Assembly: GCA_044892525.1 (NCBI GenBank)
Contig: CM097885.1
Coordinates: 33,916,001-33,980,000, forward strand
From: Schmidtea polychroa
Lineage: Eukaryota
Direction of reading: 5' to 3'
Length of the DNA: 64,000 bases
How positions within the stretch are numbered: the first letter of the stretch is position 1; the number at the start of each line of letters is the position of its first letter. The notes under the pieces are model-generated. The model was not told the DNA's origin and ran no database searches. It worked only from the letters and a program-made list of their open reading frames with translations. Below are positions 1-26,964 of the stretch, one piece after another. Made by a program: the position numbers and the translations under genes.

Positions 1-427
1 AAAATTGTAGATTTTTTTTTCATTTATCACAATCTATTCTGCGCAATGTAAATGAATGTGGATTGGAATCTTTATACGAATATAATCAGTCGTTTGCCAT
101 AAACATAAAAATATTACTATCACTTGCCCTGTTAACAGAAGAAGTGTTGGAAGCATTTTTAGAAGTCGCTGATCTGTTTTCTGATTTTAACGACTATAGC
201 AAACAAATCGAGCAAATTCTCCTCAGAAATTTTGGACAACATCATCAATGAATTATCCTTACAACATAAAAACTATTTGCACCACTTAACTGATCAACGA
301 TACTCCGGATGTTTTAGGTACGTTTCTTTAAAACAACGTATTTCAAACATAATACAGAGTTATGATCCTAACAGACGATTAGATTTCTTGTGTTGTGTAG
401 CTCATATGATATAGTGTTATTTAGCCA

Positions 428-509
428 CATGGGCGCCCTCAGAAAGTTTTCTCGACGGGTGGGAAAAACATTTTTAGTAATGTTTTTTTTAGTAATGCGG
501 GCGCCCATG
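428..509. mobile_element. Tiny hAT-like MITE
   Basis: Inverted ends CATGGGCGCCC...GGGCGCCCATG. Flanks TTTAGCCA / TTTAGTTA match at 6 of 8 positions, a possible 8-bp TSD. Confidence 0.4.
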
Positions 510-1777
510 TTTAGTTATTTGGTTCATTTTTTATAGTTAAATATAATTATTAATCTATGTAACCATAAAAAACTAATAAATTAAATCAATATTGTTTGTT
601 GGCTTTATTAAAAATGTGTTTTACTGTTATTTCAAAATATCCATAAATTTAATAAAATTGATGGTGTAGACCCTTACTATGTGTATTAAATAAAACAAAA
701 TTACATGAATTTTTAATTTCACTGCTTATAAACACTAAAAATAAAAAAAATAAAATGTGAAATTTTATCTTAAAGTAATTTTCGTAGGTGTAATTTCTTC
801 TATGTGTAATTTCTACTGTGTAGTTTTGTCAATTGTATTTCTGTCCTGTGAAATTTCTACATGTAACCATTGAATTCATATCCAGTGATTTTATTACTAA
901 TAAAAGGTATGTTGTCTAACAATTTACAATTATTCCAATTTCTAAATAACATCTGTAAAAATTTCAAAATTTTATTACAAATAGAAAGACCTAAAAAATC
1001 AAATTAAAAAGAAATCCTACTTTTATTTCTATAATGTTGTTTTGCAAACAAAGACAAAAAAGAAACCATTTTAACACACTATTTTAAATATTTTAAATTT
1101 GTATCAAAAATATGTATATGATTAAAGGGCAAATTGTTCATAACTTTTATATTGTTAGAAATCTTTTAATAATTATAAAAACACAAATTTTTAATCGGCA
1201 TAAAAATTGATATTTGTGCTTTTAAATTTTTAACTACATAAACGCTTTGTAGTGCCTCTGACTAGCACTTTTATCAATTTAATAATTGAACTATAAACAT
1301 ATTATTAAATTAATTAAATTAAAATTAAAAATGATTGTTTAAATAATCCTTTACTTTTGACTTATTCGAAAATCATCAAATTCAATTTAAAAAATCATCA
1401 AATTCAAACATGTCTAACGAAGTCACTGAAGTTGTCACTGAGGTCGAACAAGTTGCAGAAGTTACTGAAGAAGTTGAAGAATCATCAAATCGAGTCAAAA
1501 TGGATCAAATATGCCAGAAATGCAGGAAACAGGAAACCTCGTCTTATTAACAATGATATCTCTGATGATGGTCGAGATCTTCAACAATGTTAATTACAAT
1601 AAATTCTTTGTTCAAATTAATTGTATGTCACTACACGCTTTATTGAAACTTTATAGGTGCAATTAAAAAAGTTAGAGAAAAATAAATAGAAAAATATCAG
1701 ACTTCAAAAAAAAGAGATTGGTGGATTGATAGAAAAAGGTCAGAACTTGTAGATTTAAAACAATTTCCATTTTAATA

Positions 1778-3604
1778 CAGGTGAGCCCTTTTTAATATCA
1801 CCTCGGTTATTATCACGACCCGTTTAATATCACTAAAACTCAAAATCCACTTGCCAAACACTATTAAATCAATACATTTTTACTCGGTTAATATCATCTT
1901 GCATAATATCCATTTCCCACTTATTATCATGAATATTTTTTGATTTTGATATTTCAAATTCGCTTAATATCATGATTTTTATGATCTTTTTTATAATCTT
2001 TTTTATCAAAGTTCACACAAAAGAAGTTTAAAATATTTAAAACTGAAACTTGATAATTTTAATTTAAAATACATATATTTATTGGAAGCAACCAAAATCT
2101 ACAGGGTTTTGATATAAACAGAGGTAAATTTTAATAAGTTTTCTTAATTTTTTTGAGATTAAAGTGATTGTTGTTCTAATACACATGTATGTAATTTATA
2201 ATCTCTTACAAGGGCTAAATCAAAAATGGCAGAGCGTAAACGAACAGAATTAACTGTAAAACAAAAATTGGATATTATAGCAGCTTGTGATGGACCACCA
2301 AAACAAACATATGCAGCTGTTGCTAAGAAATTCAACATTGATTCATCAACAGTGATCAAAATTTAAAAAAACAAAAGTGCATTATCTGATGTTGTTAACT
2401 TAAACAGCAATAGAAAAAGAAAATGTAGATAAAGCATTGTATAAATGGTTTGTGGGTGCTTTAGCCACCAACATTAGTATCAGCGGTGAAATACTGCGTG
2501 TCAAAGCTGAAGCATTTGCTAGAGATCTATCCGTCATAAATTGTGTGGACACTAATGGATGGTTAGATAGATGGAAGAAAAGATTTGGAATCGTATATAA
2601 AAAAGCAAATGGGGAAAAAGTTGATGCAGATGTTCCTGCAGCAGGATAATGGTTATCTACAACCTTGGTCGATGTATTCCGCCGCTATCAACCAAAAGAT
2701 ATTTTTAACGCCGACAAAACTGGCCTTTTGTGGCATGCAATGCCGAATGGTTCACATGTCTTTAAGGCAACTGAACTTTCTGGGAGTAAAGTATCAAAAG
2801 AAAGAGTTACTATTTTACTTTGTGCCAGTATGGATGGTGAAAAGCAACCAGTTTTAGTAATTGGCAAATCTAAAACACCGCGTTGCTTTCAGACAGTTAC
2901 CTGTAAACTATAAAAATAATTTAAATACCTGGATGACGTCCTCTATATTTGAAGAATGGCTACGTCAATGGGATAAAGAACTGTATTCTCAAAGTCGGAA
3001 TATTGCTTTAGTCTTAGACAATAGCTCTATGTATCCAAAGTTAAAATTTAATAACATCGAATTAATTTTCCTCCCACCCAATGTAACATCACAAGCTCAA
3101 CTGTGTGATCAAGGCATTATCCGCAATTTTAAGTTCCATTATCGTCGATTACTTGTATTGAAATTACTAGCAGCAATTGAATCTTCCACTGATCAAATCA
3201 AGCTGGGCTAATAGTAAAAAAACTTTTGATACTTTTGATAAAAGAAGCATGAAACAACGTTACCAGCATAACTGTACAAAATTGTTTCAAAAAGGCAAAA
3301 TTTTGTAATAATGCTCCAGATTTAATTGAAAGTGACGAACTTTCTTTCAATATATTGGATGTATATTAAAAATAATTAAATTATTACTAAGTAGTCAATA
3401 TAATATCTTTTTTCATAAATAAATACATAAATAAATTCTCTATTGAAATAAAATTTCGGTTATTGTCATCAATAATTATAATAACCGAGTTTTCGGTTAA
3501 TGTCACGTATGTGGATATTAAGCGAGTTTCGGTTATTATCACGACCCGCTTAATATCATGATTTTTTTTGGAACCGTAAGCATGATATTAAGCGGGTTCG
3601 CCTG
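1778..3604 (+). mobile_element. Decayed Tigger/pogo DNA transposon in a CEP131 intron
   Basis: Imperfect TIRs (CAGGTGAGCCC..TTAATATCA and TGATATTAAGCGGGTTCGCCTG), TA on both sides (1776-77, 3605-06), and an internal broken transposase. Confidence 0.88.
2226..3330 (+). pseudogene. Tigger (TIGD-like, CENP-B HTH + DDE_1) transposase pseudogene
   Basis: Fragments MAERKRTELTVKQK (psq HTH), GWLDRWKKRFGI, IFNADKTGL, KERVT, WMTSSIFEEWL, LVLDN, FLPPNVTS..Q.CDQGII, spread over several frames with stops. Confidence 0.88.
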
Positions 3605-3791
3605 TAATTTTAAAATAAAATTTATCTAAAATATTAATAAAATCATTTATTATGTTCACTTTTGATCGATTTTTTAAACTTTTGATTGAATAATGAAATT
3701 AAATTCATTGTATAAATTGTATATTTAATGAAAGTGGAATGGGATAAAATGAGTTAATTTATTAAAGAAAAAATTAAAAATATAAAAGTAC

Positions 3792-17017
<13,226 letters not shown>

Positions 17018-17376
17018 TGTATAAAGTAAAATAAAATAAATTGATATTACAATCAAGATTATTAATAATGTAAAATATTTGAATATGAGGTTCCTAATAT
17101 CAACATATAAAAACAACCTTGGATTTATTATTTGAATATGACAAACAAAATTTAATTAATTTTAAGTATATTGAAAATTTTAATTATATAAAGAATTTAA
17201 AATTAATATATTTTTAGCAGTTATTTTTATTAAAAAGAGCTTGAAGATTATAAATCAGTAAATATTTCGATGTTTGTAATATTCACGAATTTTTTCACGA
17301 ATATATCTATTAATATTTTTTGAACCATATAAGATTTTGATGAAATTTTCTTATGGATAAATTCCTTATAACATAG

Positions 17377-18919
17377 TGTTGGTTACTTAGGGGTGTATCA
17401 TTTTTACATTTTAAAATGCGTTAGGGGTAATCATAATCGTTCGACTCTTTCCTAAGCACCTCCATGACTATTAAAATTTAAACCATTTGTGTACCCATGG
17501 TGACGACCATGTTGGTACTGTACACAAAGGCGAAAAAAACAATGAGCAGGTGAGCTCTATTACTAAAACTACTCCCCATTGTATTTTCTTTTCGGGTTCT
17601 AGACTGCCGATAGAAGGTCTTACGTCATTATTCACTGTGTATGCTATTTTTGAATCGTTGTTGGTCCTCAATTACGGGTATTTCTAATTGTTCTCTTATA
17701 AAATTTTGTGCAGGGATCCGCCCTTATTTTCCAGCTAATAATTATTGTTCTACACTTCCTACAATATCTAAATTATCCTTTGAAAAATTTGAGCAGGGAT
17801 TGGCCCTTATTTTCAAGTTAATCCACGCTTCCCATAATATTTACGTTATACTTCAAAAAATTTGAGCAGGGATCTGCCTGTATTCTCAGTCCTAACCTAC
17901 ATTTGACCACAGTACTTCCAGCGATAGGACCCGTGAGGAAGCCCCCACATTCCGGCCCAATCCAGCTGCGCGATTGAAAAACCAGCATACCCACCAGTCT
18001 GAGCATCCCGAAGGTACCTCAAACCATGATATGCTGAATCTCAATTCAGCGGTACTAACGTTCGTAATCAGTTAGTATAAAAATTGAACACAATAAAAAT
18101 TATTATTTAATATCTGCAACTAAATGAAATTAAACAATTAAAAGAAAATAACAAAAGAAAATTTAACTAAAAATTTTATTGCATATTAAATTTAATCATC
18201 TCATAAAATTACTACAACAATAAAAAATAAATTACCAAATCCACGTGGGCATAAAATCGAAAACTGAGAGCTTCACTGGCTACAACTAAATTTTGATGTT
18301 AGAGAAAAAGTAGTCTTAAATGAATTTGTGATCAGTATTTATACTGATTTTTCATGCATTTGCTGCCACTCTATCCAATCAGAGTGCGAGAAATTTTTAA
18401 TTAGTCTTGCATACCTGCATGAGTGTGTGCAATTGTTTATTTGTTTTAATTCAATAAATTTAATTAATTTCTTATTTAATTTTTATTAATTTTAATTTTA
18501 TAAATTTTATAATTTAAATAATTTGAGTTATATTAATTTTTATTAATTTAAACATTTTTATTCTTTAAATTTAATAAGTTAAATAACCATTTAATTCTAT
18601 AAACTTTACAATTTATATAATGCTAACTAATTTTATTATTTTTGACGATTTAATTTTTATATTGTTTAAATAATTTTCAACTAATTCTATTTTATATTTT
18701 ATTATTTTTCTATTTAAATTTTTAAGTGTTGAATTTTTTGTTAAATTTATTTATCTCTTATTCTATTATACGGGGTTTATTGGTTCTTAATGTGTGATGT
18801 AATTTATTTCATTTATTTTAAATTAAACCTTGGTCATAAATTTTTCAACTTTGCGGTTTTTGTGTTAGGTATTTTCGATCGATTAAAACAAACTCTCAGT
18901 TCTCGGCTTCAGCCCAACA
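17377..18919 (-). repeat. 3' LTR
   Basis: Starts TGTTGG and ends CCCAACA. Near-identical to 48831-50373; I spotted one C/T difference (18353 vs 49807). Confidence 0.95.
18336..18379 (-). promoter_or_regulatory. Candidate LTR promoter (TATAAATA plus upstream CCAAT box); same element at 49790-49833
   Basis: Minus-strand TATAAATA at 18343-18336 inside the palindrome ATCAGTAT-TT-ATACTGAT, with CCAAT at 18375-79 about 35 bp upstream. Confidence 0.5.
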
Positions 18920-19940
18920 AATCACTCCGGGACCCGTTAAAATTGCGTCTCGCAATTCTGTTAGACATATGAATTTCCCAGGTCATAGTCTATTACATTC
19001 CCATTAACCTATAAACATACTATAATAGCTTAAGACATGTTAGAATTCAATTAGCAGAAAAGGTCTAAGCTCAAATTCAAGCAGTTGCCACATACAGTGA
19101 CTGGTCATAATACATATACATACTGATACAGTGTCCAAACTCAAGTACGAGTCATATGCAAAAGTTTTATTTCTGGATAAATTCATCAGTTGGTTGTTTC
19201 TCTCGTTTCTGGGCTCGGTTTTCGATCTTTCGTCTGGGTTGTGTAGGCATGTTTGGTCCCTGCTGTTGATTTTCATAGTTAGCTCGTAATATTTACTGAA
19301 GATCATAGGATTTTCTCTATCAGGGTTTGACTGTTGTTCCCTGATTCTCTTTGAATTTTTAGGCTGGGATTCCGGTTTTCTGGATCATTTGATGGTAGCT
19401 GACAGACCTTGCTCAAGGGTCTTCGGGACTTTTGTTTAACTGGGTGATTTGACACATAGATTTTTCTTTTGGTTTTTCTCGGTGGTTTTTGTTTACGGTA
19501 TTGCTCTTATTAAGGAATTTTCTTTCTCTAATGGGTAACTCAAATTATCTTCGATTTGCGTCTTAGTTAGCTTGATTTGATTAAGTTTCACTGGGTCTGT
19601 GACTTTCGTCTCATTTATCAGGATCTTTTACCGTTCTTTGTTTAGGGGTTCCAAATTAGGTATTATTTTTAGATATTCGTTTAACTCATTCTTTCTAGGT
19701 TTGCATCTTTATCTTTCTTCTGGATTTATATTCTTTCTTCTCATTTGAGCCTCTGTTCTCCTTTACCATTGTAAGGGTTCAAATTTAGTATTTTTCCAAC
19801 TGATTACTTGATCCATTTCTATTTATACATCGATCTTTTGCCACATTATACATCAATTTATACCTATACATCTAGTACATTTAATTTGCTATTTATACAT
19901 CAATTTTTACATATGTTCACTTCCTTTTTACTATTTTCAT

Positions 19941-22502
19941 CTACGCTTCCTCTTTAATTTCCGCCACATCCTTTGGACTACCCTTCTTCTTTTCCTTGGC
20001 CGTCACCATTTGTGTCTCTTCTGCCCCATCTTTGCATTTTTTTCGATTACCCGTTATTTCATTGATTCTTAATTCGGCTGACCTTGCTTCTTCTTTTAGT
20101 CGGAGTATCGTTGTCTTAAGTACCTCATTTTCTCTTGTTTTGTTTTCTGCAACTTTTCTCCATATCATTATCAATTCATCCTGTCTCGTTTCTTTTACAA
20201 CCAGTTCCATTATTAACCTGCACTGTTCCACACATTGTCTCCTCAATTCCTCGTATGCGTTGGGTTTCACCTGTTCCTTCACGTCATTTGTCCGTCTATG
20301 TACATTTGTCGACTGTTGTTTTATTAACATTGGAGATTGATGTTTTCGTATCCCTGGCTGACAAATTCTGTTTTCGACATAGTTTTTATTGTTTTGTTCT
20401 GTGGCGTATTCTCGTGACTGATCTCTCACTGGATTGGTCCCATTCGGACAGTTATTGACCAAATGTCCAGTTCTTTTACATTCGTAACACCTTTTTATGC
20501 GGCGACATTTATTTTTTCCGTGCTCATTTTTCTGACAATTCCCATGCGTCTTATCGAAGAACCGATAGCGCTCATTATGTCCTTGTGGTTGGTATTCGTT
20601 CCCGTAATTGTTTGTACTTGCGTCCCATTCGATATCTGGTTCGCACTCGCTTTCAGTTTTTAACGTGTTTATGTCATGGTACTTTTCTTGCGTTTTTTCA
20701 TTATTTCGTTTTTCGTGATTTTCGCCATTCTCCGATTCGCGCTTTTCCGGGATTACTGCAATTCCAACCTGACTATCGATGCCGGTATAATCTCTCTGAT
20801 TGTCCCCAAATGGTTTGATGTTTTGATGGTCTAATATTACCTGTTCCAGTTTTTCAATTATTTCGCTTTCGATCCTTGAGTCCGGAATTTTTTGTAAATC
20901 TATTTCGTTGCTCGTTATCATTCTCATCATATTGATTTGTATTACTCTTTTTTGTTCTCTTTCCCACATTCTTTCTATCTTTTCCTTCTGGTTGTCGTTG
21001 GTGGTTAGTCTCATTATATCCATTTTTAAAAGTTCTTCCTTTCTCGTTCTCCAATATTTTTCTTCTCTTCTTGCCTGAGGTTCTTTTCGTTTACTCCATC
21101 TTTCTTCCGCTTCTCGTGCTTCCGCGATCTGTAAGGTATTCCATTCTCGTTGTTGTTTTGTTCGGATATTTTGAATTTGTAATGTGCCTCCCACACATTG
21201 TAATACATTTATTCTTGATTGTTGTTTTAATTCCGCTTGAAACTGATAATCGATCATGTTACTACACAGTCCTGTGAGAATTGTTATTTGATTTTGTATT
21301 TCAGCTAGTTGCTTTGCTGACGTATCCCTATTGTCACTCCATTGTTGGTTTCTTTTATTCGTACATGCAACTGCTAGATGGTCTCCTTGTCCGCACGAGA
21401 AACATTTTTTGGATACTCCACATCTTACTGCGGTATGTCCTTTCTTACCGCAATTCCAACATCTTCTTTGCCCATGACATTCATCGAGCCAGTGTCCTTG
21501 TCTCTTGCAGTCATCACAAAATTTTCCAATGTTTCTATTATTCAACCTCTTGCTTTTGTTGTCATTTTCGTTTCTTTGATTATTGTTGTTATGACTCCAC
21601 TGTCTGTGGTGTTGGGGTTGATTATCTGCGATAGGCCTCCTAGTTGGCGGTTGTGTTACTTTGTTGTACATTTCACATACATTCGCTGCCTCTACTGCCT
21701 TGTCCAGCGTCTTGCAGATTTTGCATCCGACTACACCTTTAATGTCATCTCGTCGCAATCCTTTTACAAATTGGGTTACTAGTTGTGTTTCCATATCCTT
21801 TTCACTGAACAGCGGTTTGGCTAGACGTCTTAGTGCGCTTGCGTAAAGTATATATGATTCATTCACTGCTTGTCCTCGATTGAAGAATTCTAGAAATTTG
21901 TATTGCGCATCTTTTGCTTCTCCAAATGTTTTTATCAGAGCTTCCTTAATTTCTTTCCAGGTTTTTAGTGGGGTTGTACACTCTTTTATTCCGACGTACC
22001 AATTAAACGCGTCGTCTGCTAGATATAGTGGGAGTCTTCTCACTATCATTTCGGGTGTCCATTTTAGAGCATCGCAATAAGATTCAAAATGTTGGATGAA
22101 GTTTGATAGTTTGTTCGGTTTTCCATCGAATTTTTCGCCATTGTATTTTCCTTGAAAATTGAATATCTCCATTTCACTGAGTCTCTTGTTGATCGCTTCC
22201 ATTTGGGCTGCTGTATCTACCATCTCTAATTGTATTCTTTTTCCGTTTGTCTTTTCTTTTATTAGGTTTATGTCACTTTTATTATTTCTGTTTTCAGATA
22301 GAGTTTTTCCTTCCTGAGGTTCTGATACGCGTATTACGCTTCTTGGCCTATTGTTTTCGAAATCCTTTTCACTGCTTCCTTTTATGGATCGACTTTTGGT
22401 CTTTGAGATGTCTTTTTGATTTTGCTTTTTGATTTCTTGTGCTTGCGTGGGTTTAATAGTTCGTCTTCCTTTCTTTGCAACTTTTAATTCTTCTTCTTTC
22501 AA
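19941..22502 (-). CDS. gag: Gag-like protein (capsid domain plus four CCHC zinc knuckles); first ATG at 22223
   Basis: KFDG..L..F..HFE......W..........YL...A..WY and Q...ES...Y...LR.LA....QFVKGL capsid motifs. Knuckles CDDCKRQGHWLDEC, CWNCGKKGHTAVRC, CFSCGQGDHLAVAC, CYECKRTGHLVNNC. Confidence 0.92.
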   Translation of the reverse strand: MKEEELKVAKKGRRTIKPTQAQEIKKQNQKDISKTKSRSIKGSSEKDFENNRPRSVIRVSEPQEGKTLSENRNNKSDINLIKEKTNGKRIQLEMVDTAAQMEAINKRLSEMEIFNFQGKYNGEKFDGKPNKLSNFIQHFESYCDALKWTPEMIVRRLPLYLADDAFNWYVGIKECTTPLKTWKEIKEALIKTFGEAKDAQYKFLEFFNRGQAVNESYILYASALRRLAKPLFSEKDMETQLVTQFVKGLRRDDIKGVVGCKICKTLDKAVEAANVCEMYNKVTQPPTRRPIADNQPQHHRQWSHNNNNQRNENDNKSKRLNNRNIGKFCDDCKRQGHWLDECHGQRRCWNCGKKGHTAVRCGVSKKCFSCGQGDHLAVACTNKRNQQWSDNRDTSAKQLAEIQNQITILTGLCSNMIDYQFQAELKQQSRINVLQCVGGTLQIQNIRTKQQREWNTLQIAEAREAEERWSKRKEPQARREEKYWRTRKEELLKMDIMRLTTNDNQKEKIERMWEREQKRVIQINMMRMITSNEIDLQKIPDSRIESEIIEKLEQVILDHQNIKPFGDNQRDYTGIDSQVGIAVIPEKRESENGENHEKRNNEKTQEKYHDINTLKTESECEPDIEWDASTNNYGNEYQPQGHNERYRFFDKTHGNCQKNEHGKNKCRRIKRCYECKRTGHLVNNCPNGTNPVRDQSREYATEQNNKNYVENRICQPGIRKHQSPMLIKQQSTNVHRRTNDVKEQVKPNAYEELRRQCVEQCRLIMELVVKETRQDELIMIWRKVAENKTRENEVLKTTILRLKEEARSAELRINEITGNRKKCKDGAEETQMVTAKEKKKGSPKDVAEIKEEA

Positions 22503-23095
22503 TAAACTTGGTTCTATTATTAGCTGTTTTGATCTGGTATGCTTTGTTATTGGTTCAATATTTCTGAACTTGGCTTAATTATTTGACAATAACTTCTATT
22601 TGATTGCTGATACTTGGCTATTGACTTGATTGATTGATTTACCTGAATAGAAAAATATCACTTCTCCCTATCGTTTATTATATTTATAAATTATAATATA
22701 TATATTATATAGTGTAATTGCAATATTTTTACTTTGGTTTCTTTGGGTACCGGCATATCTTAATATTCATTTCGTCGTTATTTTTGTTTACACATTGGTC
22801 CTCAAATTATTCTTAACTCGATTCTCCATTATCCATTCTATATCCTCATCTATTCTCCTACATGGTTGTCTATTTTCAATTCGTTTTTCGTCTTTTTCCT
22901 TCACAATCTTATTTATTTTCAGTTATATATCCGTCAATGACTTCGGCCGTATTCTCGTTTATATTCTCGTCTATGTTTCTTCCAGGTACTCATCTATATT
23001 CTCGTTTATCTTTCCTTTTACATTCTCGTCTATATTTACGTCGGTTATTTCCGTTCCTATTCGTAGCCATTATTCTCATTTATATTCGTATCTCT

Positions 23096-23465
23096 TATTC
23101 GCATCTATTATTTGCATCTATTATTCGCATCTATTATTCGCATCTATTATTCGCATCTATTATTCGCATCTATTATTCGCATCTATTATTCGCATCTATT
23201 ATTCGCATCTATTATTCGCATCTATTATTCGCATCTATTATTCGCATCTATTATTCGCATCTATTATTCGCATCTATTATTCGCATCTATTATTCGCATC
23301 TATTATTCGCATCTATTATTCGCATCTATTATTCGCATCTATTATTCGCATCTATTATTCGCATCTATTATTCGCATCTATTATTCGCATCTATTATTCG
23401 CATCTATTATTCGCATCTATTATTCGCATCTATTATTCGCATCTATTATTCGCATCTATTATTCG
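23096..23465. repeat. 13-bp minisatellite (TATTCGCATCTAT), about 28 copies
   Basis: Near-perfect tandem array, about 600 bp upstream of gag inside the LTR element. Confidence 0.97.
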
Positions 23466-26050
23466 TTTGCCTTTGACTCTCTTTGTCCCAATATTATTCT
23501 GCCTACCGGTTATCTTATTAATTTAGTCTTTAAGCTCTAATTGTTTCTCTTTACTTCGCTTTGTCTTTTTCCATTTACTTGGTTTTCTTTTTATTTCTCC
23601 TGCATGCTTCTTTTTACTACTCTTCCAGATTTTCCCCACTCTCCTGACTCTGGATGTGAAACACTCGCACTGGTCGATCTCCGATCGTGTGGTGATCAGT
23701 CACACGCAGAGATGTTCCAGTATATGCGATGGGCCCTGTTCCACATCTTTCGTCAGGACAGTTGGTACTTTCCTGGGCCTTATCCGTACTACGCTGAGCG
23801 TAGCTCATAGGTTGTGGATTTCCTAAATCCTAACAGAAAAATTTTTTCCTTATTCATTTGCTCTCAATCGTAGGACTTTATTCTCATTTTTACGTCGTGC
23901 TCTTAATCTACTTATCTCAATTACTCTTGGTCCTTCTTCATTATTCTAAATATGTCCACGTCTCTTGTCTAGTTAACGTCTTATTGCTATCGCTTTTACT
24001 CTTACCGCTTTAGTTGACTTGTTTCTCGTTAATATGCTCACTATTTCCTCAGGCAGATCCCTCTCGCATCACTCGTTAATATTTGTTTATCCATTTTATT
24101 CGTTACCCTTCTATTCGTCAATGGTTTATTTATTAACCATCCCTGCTCAATTTTGTAATTTATCACGCTTCCGTATTAGTATATTTTCCTTATCTTTGAT
24201 TTTTTATGTTACCTCACTGATTTCCCCGTCATAATGTTTCTCATTTCGTATATTTTACGTTTTCAAAATTTGTTTGTTGTTTTTCTGTTTATGGGCCTCT
24301 TTGTTCCACTCCCTATATTTTATGTTTTTAACTTATTTCCGCGTCTATTTGTTATTTTACTTTTGGCGCGTAACTTTGATTGGTCATTTATTTTCATTAT
24401 CTCATTTAATTGTTTATCTATGTCTACATATACACTCATATACTTATACATATACCCTTATCCATAACCGTATATTCATATACCTATATCCACCTATATC
24501 TGGATATCTACATCTGTACGCATTTCTCCCTAGCTGTTCCTGGAGTGGTTGATATTATTGCTTCCATCATTTCTGAATTTATTCAAATTTATCATTGAAA
24601 TTCCCACAATTGTAACTTTATAGTTCGTAATAAAAGTAGACAGTCCGTTCGTTTTTCATTATTGTAACTTTTTGCTCCATAGTAAAAGTTGGCAGTATGT
24701 TCGTTTTCCCTAATTAAAACTTTTGTTCGATATTTCTAATTGATCTCATTTTTGTTAGCATCTATTGTTATTTTAATTGACCGTGTCGTGATGTTAAGCT
24801 TTCAATTTTTTGTTCTGTTTCTCTGTATCATGTTTCATTTTATATTTGTCGTTTCTCGCTGTTTTGCCTTTTCGTTCAAATGTCTTTGGCCTTGCTTTCC
24901 TTCTGTGAATTTGTTATTTGTTGTTTCATGTTTGTTCATTTCGTTCTGTGTTTTCCTTGTCATTTTTATTGTGTTTATTTGTTCATATTCTATTTTGTTA
25001 TATGTGTGCTCTTCATTTTCTGTCAATCATGTTTTTGTATACTTTTTTCCGATTGTTCCTATTATTGCTCATGTCCATTTTGACTTTCATCTTGATCTCC
25101 CGTTTGTTGTTATCTTAGTTTGATCTCATTTTTCCTCCGCGTCTTCGCCAAATGTCGTCCCCGACATTCATTATTTAATTTATTTATTATCTTGTGTTCT
25201 CTCGGTTCTCAGTATTTTGTTCTCGTGTCCTCTCTACAATATTTGCCAAACGTCCATTTTTTCTGATTGATTTTCCTTACTCTTAAATAGGCGTAGATTT
25301 TAATATTTTTGATTTTTCGCATTATTTTATCTTTGTTTATGGTGATCGGTCCTCTACTTTTATTATATATCATTTTGGTTGGGGTGTATACACCGATATA
25401 TGCAATTATTTATATACAATTAGTCCTCTTTATGGCACTCAGTTCTGCCATTACTGTCTCTTTTCAATGCTATGACCATGCTAATAGTTCGTTGGTTTTC
25501 TCCCTTACCAACAGAAACCACCGGTACAAGTGTTCTTCTACTCATTCCACCTCCATCTCGGTATATTGAATGCTTCATTTTATGACTATTTTCCATGAAT
25601 ATAATGCTGTAATTGTTACAGCTATTTGTATTTCATCTTTTCCTTTTCCCGTTTCCTTTTAACGTCTGATATTATCCGTTGCATTTTTATCATATCTTTC
25701 TCTCCTTGATTTCATTTCTTGCATTTAACTTTATCATTAGAGTTGTTCTATTTCTCTTCGCTTTAGTTCAACTTTTCCTCTCTGGCCTTGATTATTCTCT
25801 CACGAACAAATTCATTGTTCAAATTTTCGATTAGATTGTTCCTCCATGAGATTCCTTACTTCTGTATAGCTAATGCTATTTACGATAATATGACGCTTTT
25901 CTGCTTCCATATTTCTCCTGTGGTGGTATTGGGATTGATTTCCATTGTGATCCGTTTCATTCTATTAATTCACCTATATTGATTCATAATCTTTTATCTG
26001 AATTTTATTTCATTTTACTTCCCGAAGTTATATACTAATTATACCGCGCT

Positions 26051-26153
26051 GATATATATACATATATATACACATATACACACACATACACACATATATA
26101 CATATATATACATATATATACACATACACACACATATATATATATATATTTAT
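26051..26153. repeat. Mixed TA/CA microsatellite
   Basis: Directly visible. Confidence 0.85.
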
Positions 26154-26501
26154 ATAATCATATACCTTTATATATTCATTGTTCACACTATATATAGTCA
26201 TCACCCTTTCTATGTATGTGGGTTCGTAATTCGTGATACTTGCTAGATCTCTCCCCACTGTAATTGGTTTAGTGTTCTGTACTCTTTCATTTACTGTATA
26301 TTTCACCCGTCTGGTTCTAATTGTTTCCAATTCTCTATCGTTGACGTTGGATAATTTTTCATACTTCTTTCCGGTTATTAATATGAGCATCGTACGTATA
26401 ACTGTCTTGTATATTCATATTACTTTGGCTAACCTTAGGCTTCCTGGTTTCTTTCGCTGGATCATTTTCGTTGATACCTATCATGTTATTCTCGTATCTT
26501 G

Positions 26502-26964
26502 AAAGGTTGATTTAGAAACTATTTGCAAATGGATTCAATTATCATGGGATGCAGTTAGTGAGGCAATTATTATCAAAGGATTCAAGAAATGTTGTTTGAG
26601 TAATGCTATGGATGGATCAGAAGACGATGTTATTTGGCAGGACGATATATCTGATGTAGGGAATGAGGATGATGATATGGAAAATGAATTAATGTTTGAA
26701 GAAGTGGACGAGTCCATTGAGATTGAGAATTTGATAAAAAGTGAAGATGAAAATAATGATCTCTGTAATGAAAAAAACATTCTGTAACTAATAAAGAAAT
26801 ATTTTGTATTAATTTATGCTTTATTTCCCTTGCCCATACCGGGTTTTCAGAAAATTTTCTGAGTAGGAAAAAATATTTCCTGTTATACCCATGTATAAGA
26901 CGCACCACGATTATCATCCCCAAAAGTGATGAAAAAAAAGCGTCTTATATTCGGATAATTACGG
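26502..26964 (+). mobile_element. 3' fragment of a pogo/Tc2-type DNA transposon inside the LTR element
   Basis: Peptide ..SWDAVSEAIIIKGFKKCCLSNAMDGSEDDVIW with an acidic tail (pogo-type transposase C-terminus), then the TIR-like end CGTCTTATATTCGGATAATTACGG followed by TA. Confidence 0.75.

Noticed and set aside
17471..18006. Identical small ORFs here and at 48925-49460, suggesting duplicated genes
   Set aside because: They lie within the two LTRs.
22795..23540. Three long repetitive ORFs (YYSHLLFASIIRI)n
   Set aside because: They are by-products of a stop-free 13-bp tandem repeat.
19996..25982. Many hydrophobic plus-strand ORFs
   Set aside because: They are antisense shadows of gag or of the A-rich retroelement sense strand, with no motifs.
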